A stretch of DNA of 64,000 nt, from NCBI GenBank assembly GCA_001643675.2, contig LSRY02000022.1, positions 434,001 to 498,000 on the forward strand. Direction: 5' to 3'. Under the pieces are notes generated by a model, which saw only the letters and a program-made list of their open reading frames with translations, was not told the DNA's origin and made no database searches. The position numbers were made by a program, and so were the translations under genes. Shown one piece after another: positions 23,745 through 37,515 of the stretch. Source of the DNA: Monocercomonoides exilis PA203 (Eukaryota; Protista; Preaxostyla). Each line of letters starts with the position of its first letter. The stretch's first letter is position 1.

Positions 23745-26700
23745 TTATTTCGAATATTCTTCTTTTTCAATCGTTCCATCAAATGACTCCACCATTCCCG
23801 ATGAACTGGGCTCATCACCTGATGGAAGACAATGCTCGCAACAAGCAATCTCCCTCATCTCCACCTTTGGCTCATTCACAATTTGAATAACAATGTCTCC
23901 ACTTCCATCGTCTTTATCTCCCAAAGCTTCCCTCACTGGATGGAACCCATTCGCAACTTCCTCTCTTTTCCCCATTTCCTCTACAGCCATCTCTTCTCCT
24001 TTTTGCTACATCCTCTCGCTTCTGTTTCTCTCTGCCTGTTTTTGTGCATTTTCATCGCAATCCCAAAAGCCACTCCGAAGATCACCCCAACAACAGAACA
24101 CTCTCTGTCTTCACCACTTTTCTCTTCTTGTTGTTCGACCATGAGCTCATATCCTCATTCAAACTCAGAACTCCCCTCACCCATATCTGCATCTCCCAAG
24201 TGTTGAAAATTAATTCCAGCTGCGACTTCGACACTTCAATCGCAAACTCATTTTCATTCACATATGACAGCATCCCAAATGATGGAAAAATCACTTGCTC
24301 CTTCTTGCTCCCACCCAACACGCTTAGCAAAAACATCTCATACGAAACCGCACATGGAACCAGATTCCCACCAGCAAATGAAACTCTTATCTTGTCTCCT
24401 TCTTCTTTTCGCATCCTACTCAAAACATATGGTCGGCAGAACACATGCACTATCTCCACAAACTCCCCAACCACCTCTTCTCTCCCATCACTCACATCCT
24501 GCGCATCCCAATCCACCACCCCGCTCAGCGTGCGCCCATGGTTCTGGATCCACAGCTCAACATATTCTCCTTCTCCACCCCTTTCTTCATTTCTCCTTCC
24601 TGTCTCCTCTGAAACAGACTCAATCACCATCGTCCGATATTCACACTCAATGTTCCAACAAACTGATCCATATTTCTCATCCTCCGCATTGTTTCTCATA
24701 AATAAAACATCTCTCACAATCACTTCCCCCTCAATCACCCCAACCGCTCCAACTGAGCAATTCTCAAACCTTGTCGACTCAATCACCCCACTGCACTTTC
24801 GCAGCGCAACAACAGACCCCCAAATCGACAGCTCTTGTGCCCATCTCCCTGCCCTTCTGCACCATTCACCCCTCCCTCAACACCCTTTCTCCCGCTAACC
24901 CTGCAGTTAAATATCTGCACAATGCTGTTCACTGCTTTCACCACAATCCCCTCTCCTCCATCATCTTGCTCAATGCACAGCTCCGAATCACCAATCGAAA
25001 CGTTTGACCATTCAAAACTCATCAGCGATCCACCCCCACTCTTCGCCACATTCCTCAAATTCATGTTTGAGATTGTTGTGTTCTGCTTTTCCTTTGCAGA
25101 CCACGTTTGTCAAATGATAGACTGCTCCACCTTCATGTTTGCAACTTCCACATCGCTCATCCACACCTCGCACTCCTGCACCACTTTCACAAGTGAAGAT
25201 GTCTCATGCCCTTTCCCACCACTCGATGTGATAAAAACATCCTTCACTACAAGTCTTCCGCTTCCTCCCTCCAAAATAACAACATATGGTGAAGAAATTC
25301 TTGTTAAGTTTTCGTCTATCCCCAATGACAACAATGTGAGATTCTGGCTTGTTGCTCTGAACAAAGTCAGTGAAGTCACTCCAGGCGATCCTGTTCCAAT
25401 TGCGCTTCTCTTTTTCCCTTTTCCAACAATCCGCACATCCTTCATTCTAATGTTGATCGTCAAAGTTTCAAATGAATGCTTCCCATCCAGCAGTTCGATC
25501 GTCGAATTTATATACAGCTGGTTCTTCTCAATCGCAACTCCAATTGTTCTGCATGGCGCAAATCCCTCTATTCCACACTTCTCATTTCTGTCGTCCACAC
25601 TCACCCCCACAAGTCGATGCTCAATCACCTCTTTCAGCCACCTCTTCTTTTCAGTGCATTGAAATGCCCAACCATATCCGGATGAATTATATTTGTACAA
25701 AATTCTCTGATCATCTTCATTTGTTGTGTAGCTCTCGCAAAACTGATTATTTGTTGTCAGAAAAAGATTGGATCGATCTTGAAAAAACACTTCATTGCCA
25801 TACGGAACGGATTTTGTTTTGCAGTTGCATTCAAGAAGATACAAAAAATAACTATAATATGTGTCACTTGGTGCATGATATTGTTCCGAATAAAAGTATA
25901 GACCTCCATTATGCGAGTGTGCCGAGCATGTGTCAAACAGAAAGCTTCTCATTTGAAATAGATAAGGAATTTTTGTACAAAACACTGCGCCACAACAAGA
26001 ACCAGAAACTGATCATAAAGAAAAATTACAATCATACAAGCATTCATCATCTTCTCCTCCCTTTTTACCCCCTGGGAATCTTGATTCATCAAACCAAAAT
26101 CATTAATCTGAAGTCCTCCTCCTGCTCCGCTTCCTTCACAATTCTGAAAGTTGCATCAGCTAATCCAGCTGCATGAATAAATTCAATTAGCATACATTCC
26201 TCCTCCATAGCAAGTATGTGCGATACAAGCGTTGAATGTGTTGTTCTCAATCTTGATGGTATTGATCGAATAGCACAAAATTCCTCCCCCTGCATAACAT
26301 GCAAAGCAATCATTGAGCAAACAATTAGTAACCGCAAATTTCAGATATCCTTTATTATACTTACAGATATCACCTCTACTGGATATATCGTCTGGCCACG
26401 AATCATTCGTTCAAGTCATCTTGGATCCGTTCCATTCACATCAAGCAAACGTGTTTTCTCCACTGTTTGATATTCTCCGTCTCGTTGTCCTCAATGTGTT
26501 CTGTTCGCTTCCTGTGACATTAACATTTCGTATGCGACAACATCCGACAAATGAAGTGTTTGAGACTGTCAAAGATGCCAAGGGGTTGTTGAGGGAAGGA
26601 ACAATCCCTCCATCATATGCATCACAGACTGATGAAAATGAGCATCCATCCATCAGAGTGCTACTGTCACAACCCGGAATTGACGCGATCGACCCACAAG

Positions 26701-27490
26701 GAGGAATAGATGACCCATTAAAGAAATTCAAATCTATGGTAGAAACACTCTCAGCAAAGAGAGACGATAAAAACGGTTTCGAAGGGATAACAAACAATGA
26801 AAAGCACGATGAACAAATAGAAATATGGCTAAATCAAGATAAATCGGATTTCGATACCTTGGAAGGTTCAGTTGAAAATAGTCGTGGAAATTGTGAATTC
26901 ATTGAATTTGACGAAATAAGAGTAATGTTTAGTAAAACTCCACAACTTTCAGCCAAATCCAGCGGATGCACTCCGTTTTCCTCGTTTATTCTGCAACAGC
27001 ATATCGTCACGTTGCTCCCATCATTTGCACAGGCTATCCATTTTCCTTCGTCTGCCTTCATTTCCAGCTCTCTCCACTCCACTGACAAATTCTTTACCAC
27101 AATAAAGCCTTCCAGCAAACTGCCCTCCACATGCATACCGTTTCCTGTAGTGCTCAGCGCATTTGATGAACTGTATGCTCTTTTATCCTCAAAATAAATT
27201 TCATTTTCATCCAAATCATATCCTTCGACAGATTCTTTCTTCGCTCCTTTCATCTCGGATCTTCCAGACTTGTCGCGATCGCGCTCAGAAAACGTTTCGA
27301 ACAGTGGTTTCTTGTCTTTGTTACCTTCTCAACTGCACTTCGCTTCGGAGCTATCATTTGCACAAAACACTCTGCCATTTTCGATACTAATTGTTCCAGT
27401 CATAATTTTTTCAGCAGACGCAACGCCAACAGATTCAGAATGCAATTTCCAAAGCAAAAAGCTAACGATAAACATAGGGGATATCATGGG
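23745..27490 (-). pseudogene. Pmp-like/beta-helix family gene, frameshifted
   Basis: Colinear minus ORFs 26834-27253, 26441-26797 (CSFSSVCDAYDGGIVPSLNNP), 25110-25985 (CGIEGFAPCRTI), 24783-25064, 24082-24786 ending in a TM-like segment. Confidence 0.7.
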
Positions 27491-27517
27491 AGTACAATTG
27501 TGAGTCTTTTATAGAAA

Positions 27518-27866
27518 GGTCCAATCCCAATAGATGGACATAATCCTAGATTGTTATTTTTCGGGTTATTATATTTTTATAAAAATAAACCCTTAAAACC
27601 AAAATAAACCTAATGAAACGGCATTTTATAAACATGAACAAATATTCTTGTCCTTCAGTTGCACTTTTGTCAACTCAAGCCCTAAAATATTTTCTTTTTA
27701 AAGATCACTTAATTGAAAAACATCAAAAAATACTTAACAAAGTATTTATAAGGGCAATATACAATATATTAAGCAGTTTACATACAAATTCTTAATTCAC
27801 AATTATTTTGTTTTTCCAAGAAAATTTTATTTATTTAGAGTAATGTCCACCCATTGGGAAAGTTCC
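27518..27866. mobile_element. Old GG-terminated MITE (tentative)
   Basis: GGTCCAATCCCAATAGATGGACATAATCCTA versus reverse complement GGAACTTTCCCAATGGGTGGACATTACTCTA; flanks match only 5/8. Confidence 0.35.
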
Positions 27867-28949
27867 AATAACAATATCTTTTCAAGCTTCTGTTTTGGTT
27901 ATGATCAAAAAAATTCGATAATAATAACTTTTTTCTTTATCAATACAGCAATGTTAAGAGAAAGGAATTGTCAATTTGTATCTTTAACAGTAAACTTTAT
28001 TTGAAAATATCATCAAGTTTTAAAATTTTATTTTCATTTTAAAAATAAAAAATTAAAAATTCAAACAAAAAAATTTATTAACAAATAGATTCAATGCAGA
28101 TTGGATCACATAATTCAAAATGATTAAATAATTTAATATTATGGGGGTTATTTAAAATTACCTCTGTTTATTTGAATTGACTGGCTTATTTTAAAAATAC
28201 ACATGCGATTTTGAATTAAATGTTCAAAACATGGAAATAGATAACATTAAATGATTTAAATAAAAGATTGATATAAATTACTATTGGTAATCTTGATTCT
28301 CTATTAACAAAAATTTTGATCTTTCAATAATCAACTTCGAAAAAATAGAATAATTCAATAATTCGTTAAAAACGTTATTCAAGCTAATACAATCGAAAAC
28401 GTGAGTTGTATAATGCGAGTGTGAATAATTATTGCATTTAAAATTCATTTTTCACAATATACAAATCATAAAAGCTTCTGAAAACTTTTAGTTTATTTCT
28501 TCGCAATTGAGAGGTATTACTGAAAACTGTTTCACAAACAACAACTTCTGTGCCATTTTGTTCAGCACTCATTAGGTAATTTCTGCTTTTTTCGATTTAA
28601 GCAACAGAAATTTACAAACAATATTGTTTTTCATTTTTCGCCTAGTTGATAAACAATACCTTCAATCATTTACGTGAAATATATAAAAAACTGAATGAAA
28701 AAGGTATGTGTGGTTATTTTTCAAGATTTCGTTTTGAGTATGAAACATTTCAATTTTTAACAAATTTAACTTTTTCGATATTCATCTAATTATTTATCCG
28801 ATTTCACATTTTTCTTACAGTTCCAAATTCTATAAACATTTTTCCTTTGGATATCCCACATTTATAACACTCTCTATCCTCAGGATTACTCCTAAGTGCA
28901 AAAAGAATTTCGACGATCTCATCTATTTATTATCTCTCGTCTAAATTAA

Positions 28950-30915
28950 CAGATTTCTATTCCTGCACGCTCAAACCATCATCAACAGTTCTGTCTTCCT
29001 TCAATTTTACAGCTCCGACACTTTTTTCACTGCCTTCAGCATCTCTTTCTTCCGCCAAACACAATCTTCAGCAAATAATCCTGTGGAAAACGAAGGATCA
29101 GAAAATAAAAGAGAAACGCCAGGAAGATTCACTTCATTTGGACTGGACAGCAACAAATTTGAATGGTGCACGTGGTTAAATACAAATGACGGAAATGATT
29201 GATGTGGAGCACTTAAAGTTATTTGCGCAAATGCGAATCTCACAATCACTTCCTACTCATTTTTCAATTGCTCAACCAGTGATCATGGAGGAGCGTTGCG
29301 TTGCGATAACCTGCTGAAAATTGACATTATAAAATCCAACTTCTCGAATTGTTCAGCTGCTCATGGAGGAGCAACTTGCATAGCTTGGCCACAATCAAAT
29401 TCTGTTTGGGCATTCTCAGAAAATAGAGTTGAAAATTGTTCAATAACAAATTGGTGTGGAACTGGTTGGTATTTTTACATGGGAAGTACACCAACAAGTG
29501 CTCAATTCCTGTTCACCAAATGCAAGTGCATTTCAAATACTGGCGGAAATGCAGCAGGTTCTATCACTTTTTATTATCCTCCAAATAATAAACCATATCA
29601 GTTTCTAATTAATGACTGTCGATTTATTAATAACAAAATAAATCCTTCTTCCACTAATGGAGGGGCTGCATTATGTTTCACAAATACTTATTCCTGGATG
29701 AATGGGAAAAAATTCATAACACTCTGTTTCTTCGATGGAAACACTACAACAAATGGAAGAGGAAATGATGTCTTATTCAATGAAAGCAGCATCACCCTAT
29801 CTCCTTTTGAGAACTGTGGATCAGCAACCCCAACAAAAAGAGTGTGGAATCAAGGAACGGTTGATAGCGATGTGTTCAATGGCTGGCTCCCCCTCATTGC
29901 CCAGAACAAAATCGTTACCAACAATGGAACTAATTCTGATGCCTGTGGCAGGCCCCAACAGATCCCATGCGCCACCATCGAGTATGCCCTCGCTGGCTTC
30001 ATTTCTCTCCTCCAAGACGCTTCTCTCACCCTCCTCACCTCAACATTGGTTCCAACTCAAACACTCACTTTCAGCGCTGTTGATACAAAAATCACTGGAA
30101 ATGGCACAACTGCCACCACCATCGCCTCCAGTGGCATTCCTCTAACACCATCTTCTTCTTCTTCTTCCTCTTCACCAGATCCATCTGCCTCTTCTGCCCT
30201 CTTCCAACAGACCCAGGGCTCCCTCACAGTCTCTGCCCTCGCCATCGCCCACAACTCCACAAACACCATCACCCCCATCCTCTTCCACCTCTCCAATGAC
30301 TCCGCTTCCCTCAACCTCAACACAACCACCATCACCGGAACAACCCCATCTTCATCATCAATCACAAACCCCCTCTTCTTCCTCACTGCTGGATCTCTCG
30401 CCCTCAACCACACAGCAATCACCAGTCTCGCCCTCAACAGCCAAAGCATCTTCCACCTCACCTCCCTAACCGTTCCCCTCACCCTCAACTCCTCCAGCAT
30501 CACCGATATCACCTCCACAGCCACCCCCGCAAGCTGTGTCCTCTCCTCCACCACCTCCCCTGCCCTCTCCCTCTCCCTCACCAACTGCACCATCAACAAC
30601 ATCAACTCAGAACAGTTGAGCCAACAAACTGCCACCAATGGCGGGTGCATCTCATTCGGCTCATCTGCCTCTGCCAACTCGTTTTCAGTGAGGAACTCCA
30701 CCTTCTCCAGCTATTATGTGAGCGAAAGTTTAATGGAGATCGAGAAAATGAAGGAGGAAAAAATTACAGAGAATGTGGAATGCTTCAAAAAACAGATGCA
30801 AAGGCGAAAGGAAGAAAATGAACTTCTTTACAAAGAAGTTGGCATTAGAAAATTTACGGGAATGTTGTATGAAAATGAAGAGAGAAATGATAACGAAAGT
30901 AAAGAAGATGCGTGA
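28950..30915 (+). pseudogene. Pmp-like beta-helix gene fragment with chimeric E/K-rich 3' end
   Basis: ORF 29296-30915 with repeated GGA and FxxN motifs and CGRPQQIPCATI; in-frame stop upstream near 29200; abrupt compositional switch near 30725. Confidence 0.65.
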
Positions 30916-32749
30916 AGTGATAAGAAAGAGAGAGGCTTAATAAAAGAAAAAGAGAAAGATCATTTTGAAATTACGAGATTACGACAAAAGAGATAGCGTG
31001 ATTGAAAAAATGAAAGGAAATAAGGAAAATGAAAAATGAAAAGGAAATAGACCTACGATTCTGCAACTTTTACATCACTATCCAATGAAAATATGATATT
31101 ATATTCTGTATAATAGAACACCAGAATGAAACAAATTTATTAATCAGAATTTAACAGAATATCGTTGTTTTCTTTTTTTATTTTAGTAAAAACGATAAAA
31201 ATTATCTTCAAAGTGAATCATTCTTCACTTAAAATTCAAAACAAATAACATTTTCACTTTATTTACAAATTATTTATTTAACATTTATTTAATTTATGCA
31301 TATTTACTCGCTAACGTAGAATTATCAAGATTTCATTAATGAAATCGTAAAAAAGGTTTGCTTTTTCTTTTATTTCCACTTTATTTTTGTAAGTGTATTT
31401 TGATTGTTTTATTTTCCTTTCCCACAATTATTATTAATTTAAATGATCTTTTCTAATTTAAAATCTCTTGTTGATTTTTAATTTTTGGCCTTTAATTTGA
31501 ATTAAGTGGTCTTTATTCAAATTAACATAGGTTTATTAAAAATACCTCCATTAATTCAAATTTCCCAATTTTATCTGCATTGTATCTAATATATGGGTAA
31601 TTATTTATGACATCATTATATTTTTAACAATAATTTTTGTTCGAATATTTCCCTTTTGTATCAATGAAAAAGCACAGAAAAAATAAATGACGGTATAATC
31701 CGAAGATATCGTCATCCTCAGATCTTGATGAAATTTTGTCTGTAACTCATCAATGCATTGTACATTAATGTTACACTATTGTCGCATGTCGGAAGTTAAT
31801 GGTTTTAGAATAATAAATTTTTTAGCAATTTTTATGATCTAAAAAATGAATAGGAAAAAAATTTTTAGAGTGATATAATTTCATCAATTATACATGAAAA
31901 ATGTCATATTTAATAAAAACGATGTGAAACAATAATCAACAATAATTTTAAAAATTCTTGAAAGAAAAAATTTAATTTTCCTTTATAAAGAAATAAATTT
32001 TTTAAATATTGACTTCACATTTATTTGTGATTTTTATAAATTAACACTAAAGATAAATCATTCAATAAATTATAAAATTCAAGATGCAGATGAATTAATT
32101 TAGATATTCCTTTCTTTTGAAAAACTTAATCTCAAAAATAAAAAAATAAATTTTGATCAAAACCCATGAAACAAAAAAAACGGCATAGGTGTAGATCGTA
32201 CCACTTTCAGTTTGTATTTTTTCAAAATATAAATATTAATGCGTTAATCTACATAATTTAACAAAGCGATCCAAGGAGGGAAATTTCGAAATTCAATCAT
32301 GAAAATTTTCACAAAAATTCGATTTTTTGCAACCCATAATATTTTCATTAAGATCACAAAGAATTAAAAACTCAATTTCCTGGCTTTACAAAGTTCAGTA
32401 CAACTTCACAATGCAATATTCAAAGAGGATATAATATTTTTATTTGTTGAACAATCGAATTTTACATATATTGTTTATTATGAAGTTATTTTATTTAAAG
32501 TCAATGTTTTTACTGAACACAAATTAACGCACAATTGCGGATATTACAAACGATGCAGTGACAGATATAACAACATTTTAAGATGTCTTTTTTTTTTATT
32601 TTTAAATTGTTATCGATGTTAATAAGATAATTGTTGGAATATTTTCTATCTTCCTTTTTTTCCATGATTAATCTCAGATGCATTTGAAAGATTTATAAGA
32701 CACAAGTTTTGAAAGAGTTAAGTTTTCAAGGAAAGAAGAGAGTGGGCAC

Positions 32750-33560
32750 CGAAAATTCATTAATGGAGAGAATATGAAGAAGCTTAATGATCTGAAATCA
32801 TAGGAGTTTGATTAGAGAAATGGATTGATCAGAAAGGACAAAAGAATGAGAGGCGAAGACAAAGAAGAAGAAATGACTTGTAGGAGGAAAACTTTGAAGA
32901 AACCTTCACACCAGATGAAAGGTTAAAAAGCTGTTTGACTGAGGTTGGGATATGCAGTGGAGCTAGGGCTTACTGAAGGGATGAGAAGGCACGGAGCATT
33001 AAACAAAATCGTCAAAGTTCATTAGAACTTCATTATCGAACAAGGTTTGCTGAAGCGTTGGAAGAAAAAGAAAAAGAAGAAAGAAAGAAATGAATTGGCA
33101 TGAAAAAGTGAAGATTTTAACGATGTGCAAATTAAATGGATTGTTTCATATTTGCGAGAGATGTATCGACCTTCAGCTATATTACTAGCATCACCTATAT
33201 GTTCATTTTGAAGATGATGGTTGTAAGGTTGTGCGTTTCCGAGCAGCAACAGCAAAAAAAGAAGATGAAAGTTTTGAGAGAGAAAGACGAAAAGAAAGGA
33301 AGAAGGGAGTTAAATTGAAGCAGGGATGAGATTTTTCAATACAAGTGATATAAGAAGAGGATATGATGGAAAAGCTCATTTTATGTGGAGCAGCTGCTGA
33401 AGTTGACAGAGCGTTCAAGTTGAGACGGGGAAAGTTGGCTGTTGGAAAAAAGAGGAAAAGAAAACAAATGATGAACATTGAGTATTACGGAGATTATCGA
33501 GTGAAAGAACGAAAAGAAGGAAGAGAAGAGTGGAGGCGAAACAAAGAGACTACTTAAAAA
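32750..33560 (+). pseudogene. Highly degenerate fragment, possibly of the family at 58200-59659
   Basis: Purine-rich coding-like sequence with many stops; ITEII-like segment near 33480. Confidence 0.35.
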
Positions 33561-34110
33561 TGCGTGATGGGAATGGAGAGGGATATCTTAGTATGCTTTT
33601 TTTCAAAAAATCTTAACTTTTTTCAAAGGAATTTCAAACATAGCTTCTCGATTTTCCATTTTTTTCTCATTCAAATTGTTTATTTCTATTTTCTTTCATC
33701 TTCTTTTTCGTTCATTGCTATTTGGGGTTAATTGTTGTTTGTGAAAAATTATTATTTTCCTGTTTTTAACAAAGTATTCACAACAAGTTCTATTATGGTA
33801 ATGCATTACTGCTTTATTTTGGCATTTCAAAGCTGCTGATGTTGGCTGACGCACTTAAAAAAGAAACGAGTGCAATTAAGTTAAAGCTTTCACAAATAAA
33901 AAACAATATATTCAATTATTCATCATTTTAAAAGTATTTAAAAATAAAATATAAAATATTACAAACGAATAAATAGAGCATACAAATAATTTTAAAAAAT
34001 CACAAAGCTGGTTCAAAAAATTGCTTCTGCCCAGATCACGAATTATGTATCACTATCTACGTGTGTGATTCGATATTTGTACTGTAGAGCTTGAATTGAC
34101 TTTTTTTTCT

Positions 34111-36480
34111 TCAATAGCAATTATTAGAAACTGTAGCGGAGTGGGCACGAATGTCAATTCCAATATTAGATTCACCTTTAGACTTAGGATTATCCCTTAT
34201 TTTTGCAAACAAAAATATTGTAACTTCACCACGTATCACAAACACGCTCGGCGACAGATTTCTTGCGAATTGTGATCGATCCTCCATGCCCAACACCCAA
34301 CTGCCCTCTTGTCACACTCAACAGCTCGACAGTTGATGATAGAAAAGAAATTACTCCTGTTCCAATCGTATCCTTATCTTGACCTGTCCCAACAATTTAA
34401 ATCTTCTTTTCTCCAATCTCAATTGTTGTTGCCTCACTTTTGTGATCCTATTCTATCAGCGTGATTGCCAAGCTTATTTGTACCTCACACATCTCGAACG
34501 CCTTCTTCACTGTCAGACATGGACTTGATTCATTTGCCCCACACAGCGGAGATGAATTATTTCCATTCACTGAAACATATATCGTCTTGTCTTTCAGCCA
34601 ATCCTTCTTTTCCATGTGCTGATATGTCCAAGCACTTGCATTTGCATAATTATATCCGTAGCACACTCTCTTGTCATCTGTATTTGTGGTGTAACATTCA
34701 TAGAATGGATTATTGGATGATAAAAAGACGCTGTAGTAATCATGATACATTACATCATGGCCGTAAGAGGGGTTGTAAGAACATTTGCACTCGTAGAAAA
34801 AAGGAAATAGCAATAGATTCTATCATTTGGGGTTGTTGGTCTGTTCGGATTTAAATGAAATCCTCCGCCATATGATGATGCATTGCATGAAATGAACTGA
34901 ATGCTCCTCATTTTGAATTGTGTCTCAGGAACAGTTTTACAAAACATACCTCCGCCATAATTGTTTGTAACCGAACATGATGTGAAGAAGCAGTCAAACA
35001 CACATGCACTCTCCCCTTCTCCATTTTCTATTGGAATGCATCCTGGTTGTGAAACAAAAAAATTATTAAGATGTGGTCCTCCTCCGTCAATGTTTGCAAT
35101 GCAATTCTGGAATTTACATCCGCTGATACGAACACATGATGAAATCAAATAAGCATTAATTCCTCTACCACAATAACTTTGAGAAACACAAGAATTGAAT
35201 GAATTGATCTCAATATTAATTGAACTGATTGAACGACACATGATTCCGCCACCACCATAAAATGCCGCACATCCATTAAAAGAACAGTGAGCGACCGATA
35301 TTGTTCCATCCCCTTTGCTGTACATGTAAATTGCTCCACCATTGGAAGTACCGTCCGTGGCAGAATTATTTGTTCCCGTTGTTTTCGACCCATTCCATTC
35401 ACACCTAGTGAATGAATTAGCTCCATTTTCTGTTTCATTTTGTCTCCCTGGAGTCAACTTTCCATCAGCAGTTCCTTCACATTCAACATCCCTTTTCCGA
35501 CAACACCATACAAAGTATGTGTTTGAAACAATTAAGGAAGCCAAGGGGTTTTTAAGGGAAGTGGCAAGACCTCCATCATATGCGTCGCAAACTGATGAAA
35601 ATGAGCAGCTGCTCATCATGCATGTGGTTTGGATTGACATTGTGGTTGAAGGCGAGCATACATCATTTGCTGTTGAAATGTTGAAAAACGTTAGATGTTA
35701 GAGGGATACAAAAGGGATGGAAGGTGATGAGTAAAATCCGTAAACAGAGGAGAAATGAAATTCATTCACAAAAATTCTTCATATTCATTCTCCCCCTTCC
35801 CCATGCTTCTTAGCGCCATGCAAAAAAATATCCTAATGTAGCTGTATCCATTTTTTTGCTTCTTCTGCTGCTGCCTCCGAAAAGATTTTTGCAAAAGACA
35901 TTCACAAAAATATGGGTGATTCTTTTTGAAAAGTCACAAATGTTTAATTTTCAAATAAATCAAAAGTTTCATATTTTACTCAAATTTCTGTTAACATGCA
36001 CCAAACTTTCCAAATATGGAATCCATTATTGGATAATGCTACGTCATGCATTCAAGTGAAGTTACGTGAATGTTAACAGAAATTTGAGTAAAATATGAAA
36101 CTTTTGATTTATTTGAAAATTAAACATTTGTGACTTTTCAAAAAGAATCACCCATATCTTTCCTCATTCTCCTCAATTTTTTCCGTCTGGCTCATTCTGC
36201 CAAACGCTCTTCTGCTGCTGTTTTCTCCCAATTTTTTCCTGAAATGCTCATAAAAACAGCAGTGTTTCCATGTCCTATGTTTCATGCTCCCCCGGTGCTT
36301 TTGGCGACACCTGATCGCATCACACATCAATCAAATTAAAAATTAAAATATACAAAATAAAAATGGAACATGAAGAAAATGAACAAACAAAAATAAAATA
36401 CCTCCACAAATCTTGATTTCCCCTCACTCCCCTCGTGACCTGTTTGCCTCTCTCCAAATGGCTTTCCCCCGCATCATCGA
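34111..36480 (-). pseudogene. Pmp-like/beta-helix gene fragment inside the Pack element
   Basis: ORFs 34750-35640 (CSFSSVCDAYDGG, NGGAIY) and 34448-34813 (CGANESSPCLTV); paralogous to 25110-26797; interrupted by a MITE. Confidence 0.72.
35914..36153. mobile_element. 240-bp hairpin MITE
   Basis: Perfect 84-bp inverted arms GGGTGATTC...GAATCACCC around a 72-bp spacer; ATAT on both flanks (AT or ATAT TSD). Confidence 0.8.
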
Positions 36481-37325
36481 TTCCAAGTGCAGCACTATTC
36501 CTTCATCTTCAAATTCAATCCAACTTAAAAATTTGTAAAAATAGCATTAAAAAAATTAAAAATCAACTTAAAATTATCATTACACATTTCATATGTTTAA
36601 CTCAGCTACTGCTTCGGAGGTATTATTGTAATATTACTCTTTAATTATCCAAAACGGATATATCGCGTATTTATTGAATTTTTATTAAATAACTTCATAA
36701 TAAACAATATATGTAAAATTCGATTGTTCAACAAATAAAAATATTATATCCTCTTTGAATATTGCATTGTGAAGTTGTACTGAACTTTGTAAAGCCAGGA
36801 AATTGAGTTTTTAATTCTTTGTGATCTTAATGAAAATATTATGGGTTGCAAAAAATCGAATTTTTGTGAAAATTTTCATGATTGAATTTCGAAATTTCCC
36901 TCCTTGGATCGCTTTGTTAAATTATGTAGATTAACGCATTAATATTTATATTTTGAAAAAATACAAACTGAAAGTGGTACGATTTACACCTATGCCAAAA
37001 AATCGCTATTAATTGTGTGAATTTTTTTACCAGAAAAAAACACATTTCCGAAACACAAAACAAAGATATTCGTTCTTGGAATATGTTAACAAAATAAAAT
37101 AATTATGAATTAGTGTGTTTTGAAGATGACGATATCTTCGGATCATACCTAAATGACAAAAAGAAATATCTTCATTTTTATTTGAGTTTAATCATTAATT
37201 TTTAAAGCAGTTGCGAAATGATAAGCATTTGAATTCAAAATCACAATACAATGACAAAAAAACTTTGAAAGAATCAACACCCCCGGAAAAAATTATGAAT
37301 TCAAAAACAATAACCCAAATAAATA

Positions 37326-37430
37326 AATAAAATAAAATAAAATAAAATAAAATAAAATAAAATAAAATAAAATAAAATAAAATAAAATAAAATAAAATAA
37401 AATAAAATAAAATAAAATAAAATAAAATAA
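37326..37430. repeat. (AATAA)21 microsatellite
   Basis: Directly visible; explains the spurious FYFIL-repeat ORF 37195-37446. Confidence 0.95.
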
Positions 37431-37515
37431 AATTATATACAGTCAAAACCGGATATATTCACATCGGATTTTGCACGACACTTTGTGATTTTATCCGATT
37501 GTCATAATTTTCGAT

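Larger units (their letters stand above)
32182..36996. mobile_element. 4.8-kb Pack-type element with 310-bp TIRs and captured gene fragments
   Basis: Near-perfect inverted repeats 32182-32491 and 36687-36996 beginning GGCATAGGTGTA; 8-bp TSD AAAAAAAC/AAAAAATC (7/8); no transposase recognised inside. Confidence 0.88.
31692..37149. mobile_element. GG-terminated MITE (Merlin-like), about 635 bp without the nested insertion
   Basis: 29-bp TIRs GGTAT[A/G]ATCCGAAGATATCGTCATC[C/T]TCA; perfect 8-bp TSD TAAATGAC (31684-31691, 37150-37157). Confidence 0.85.
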
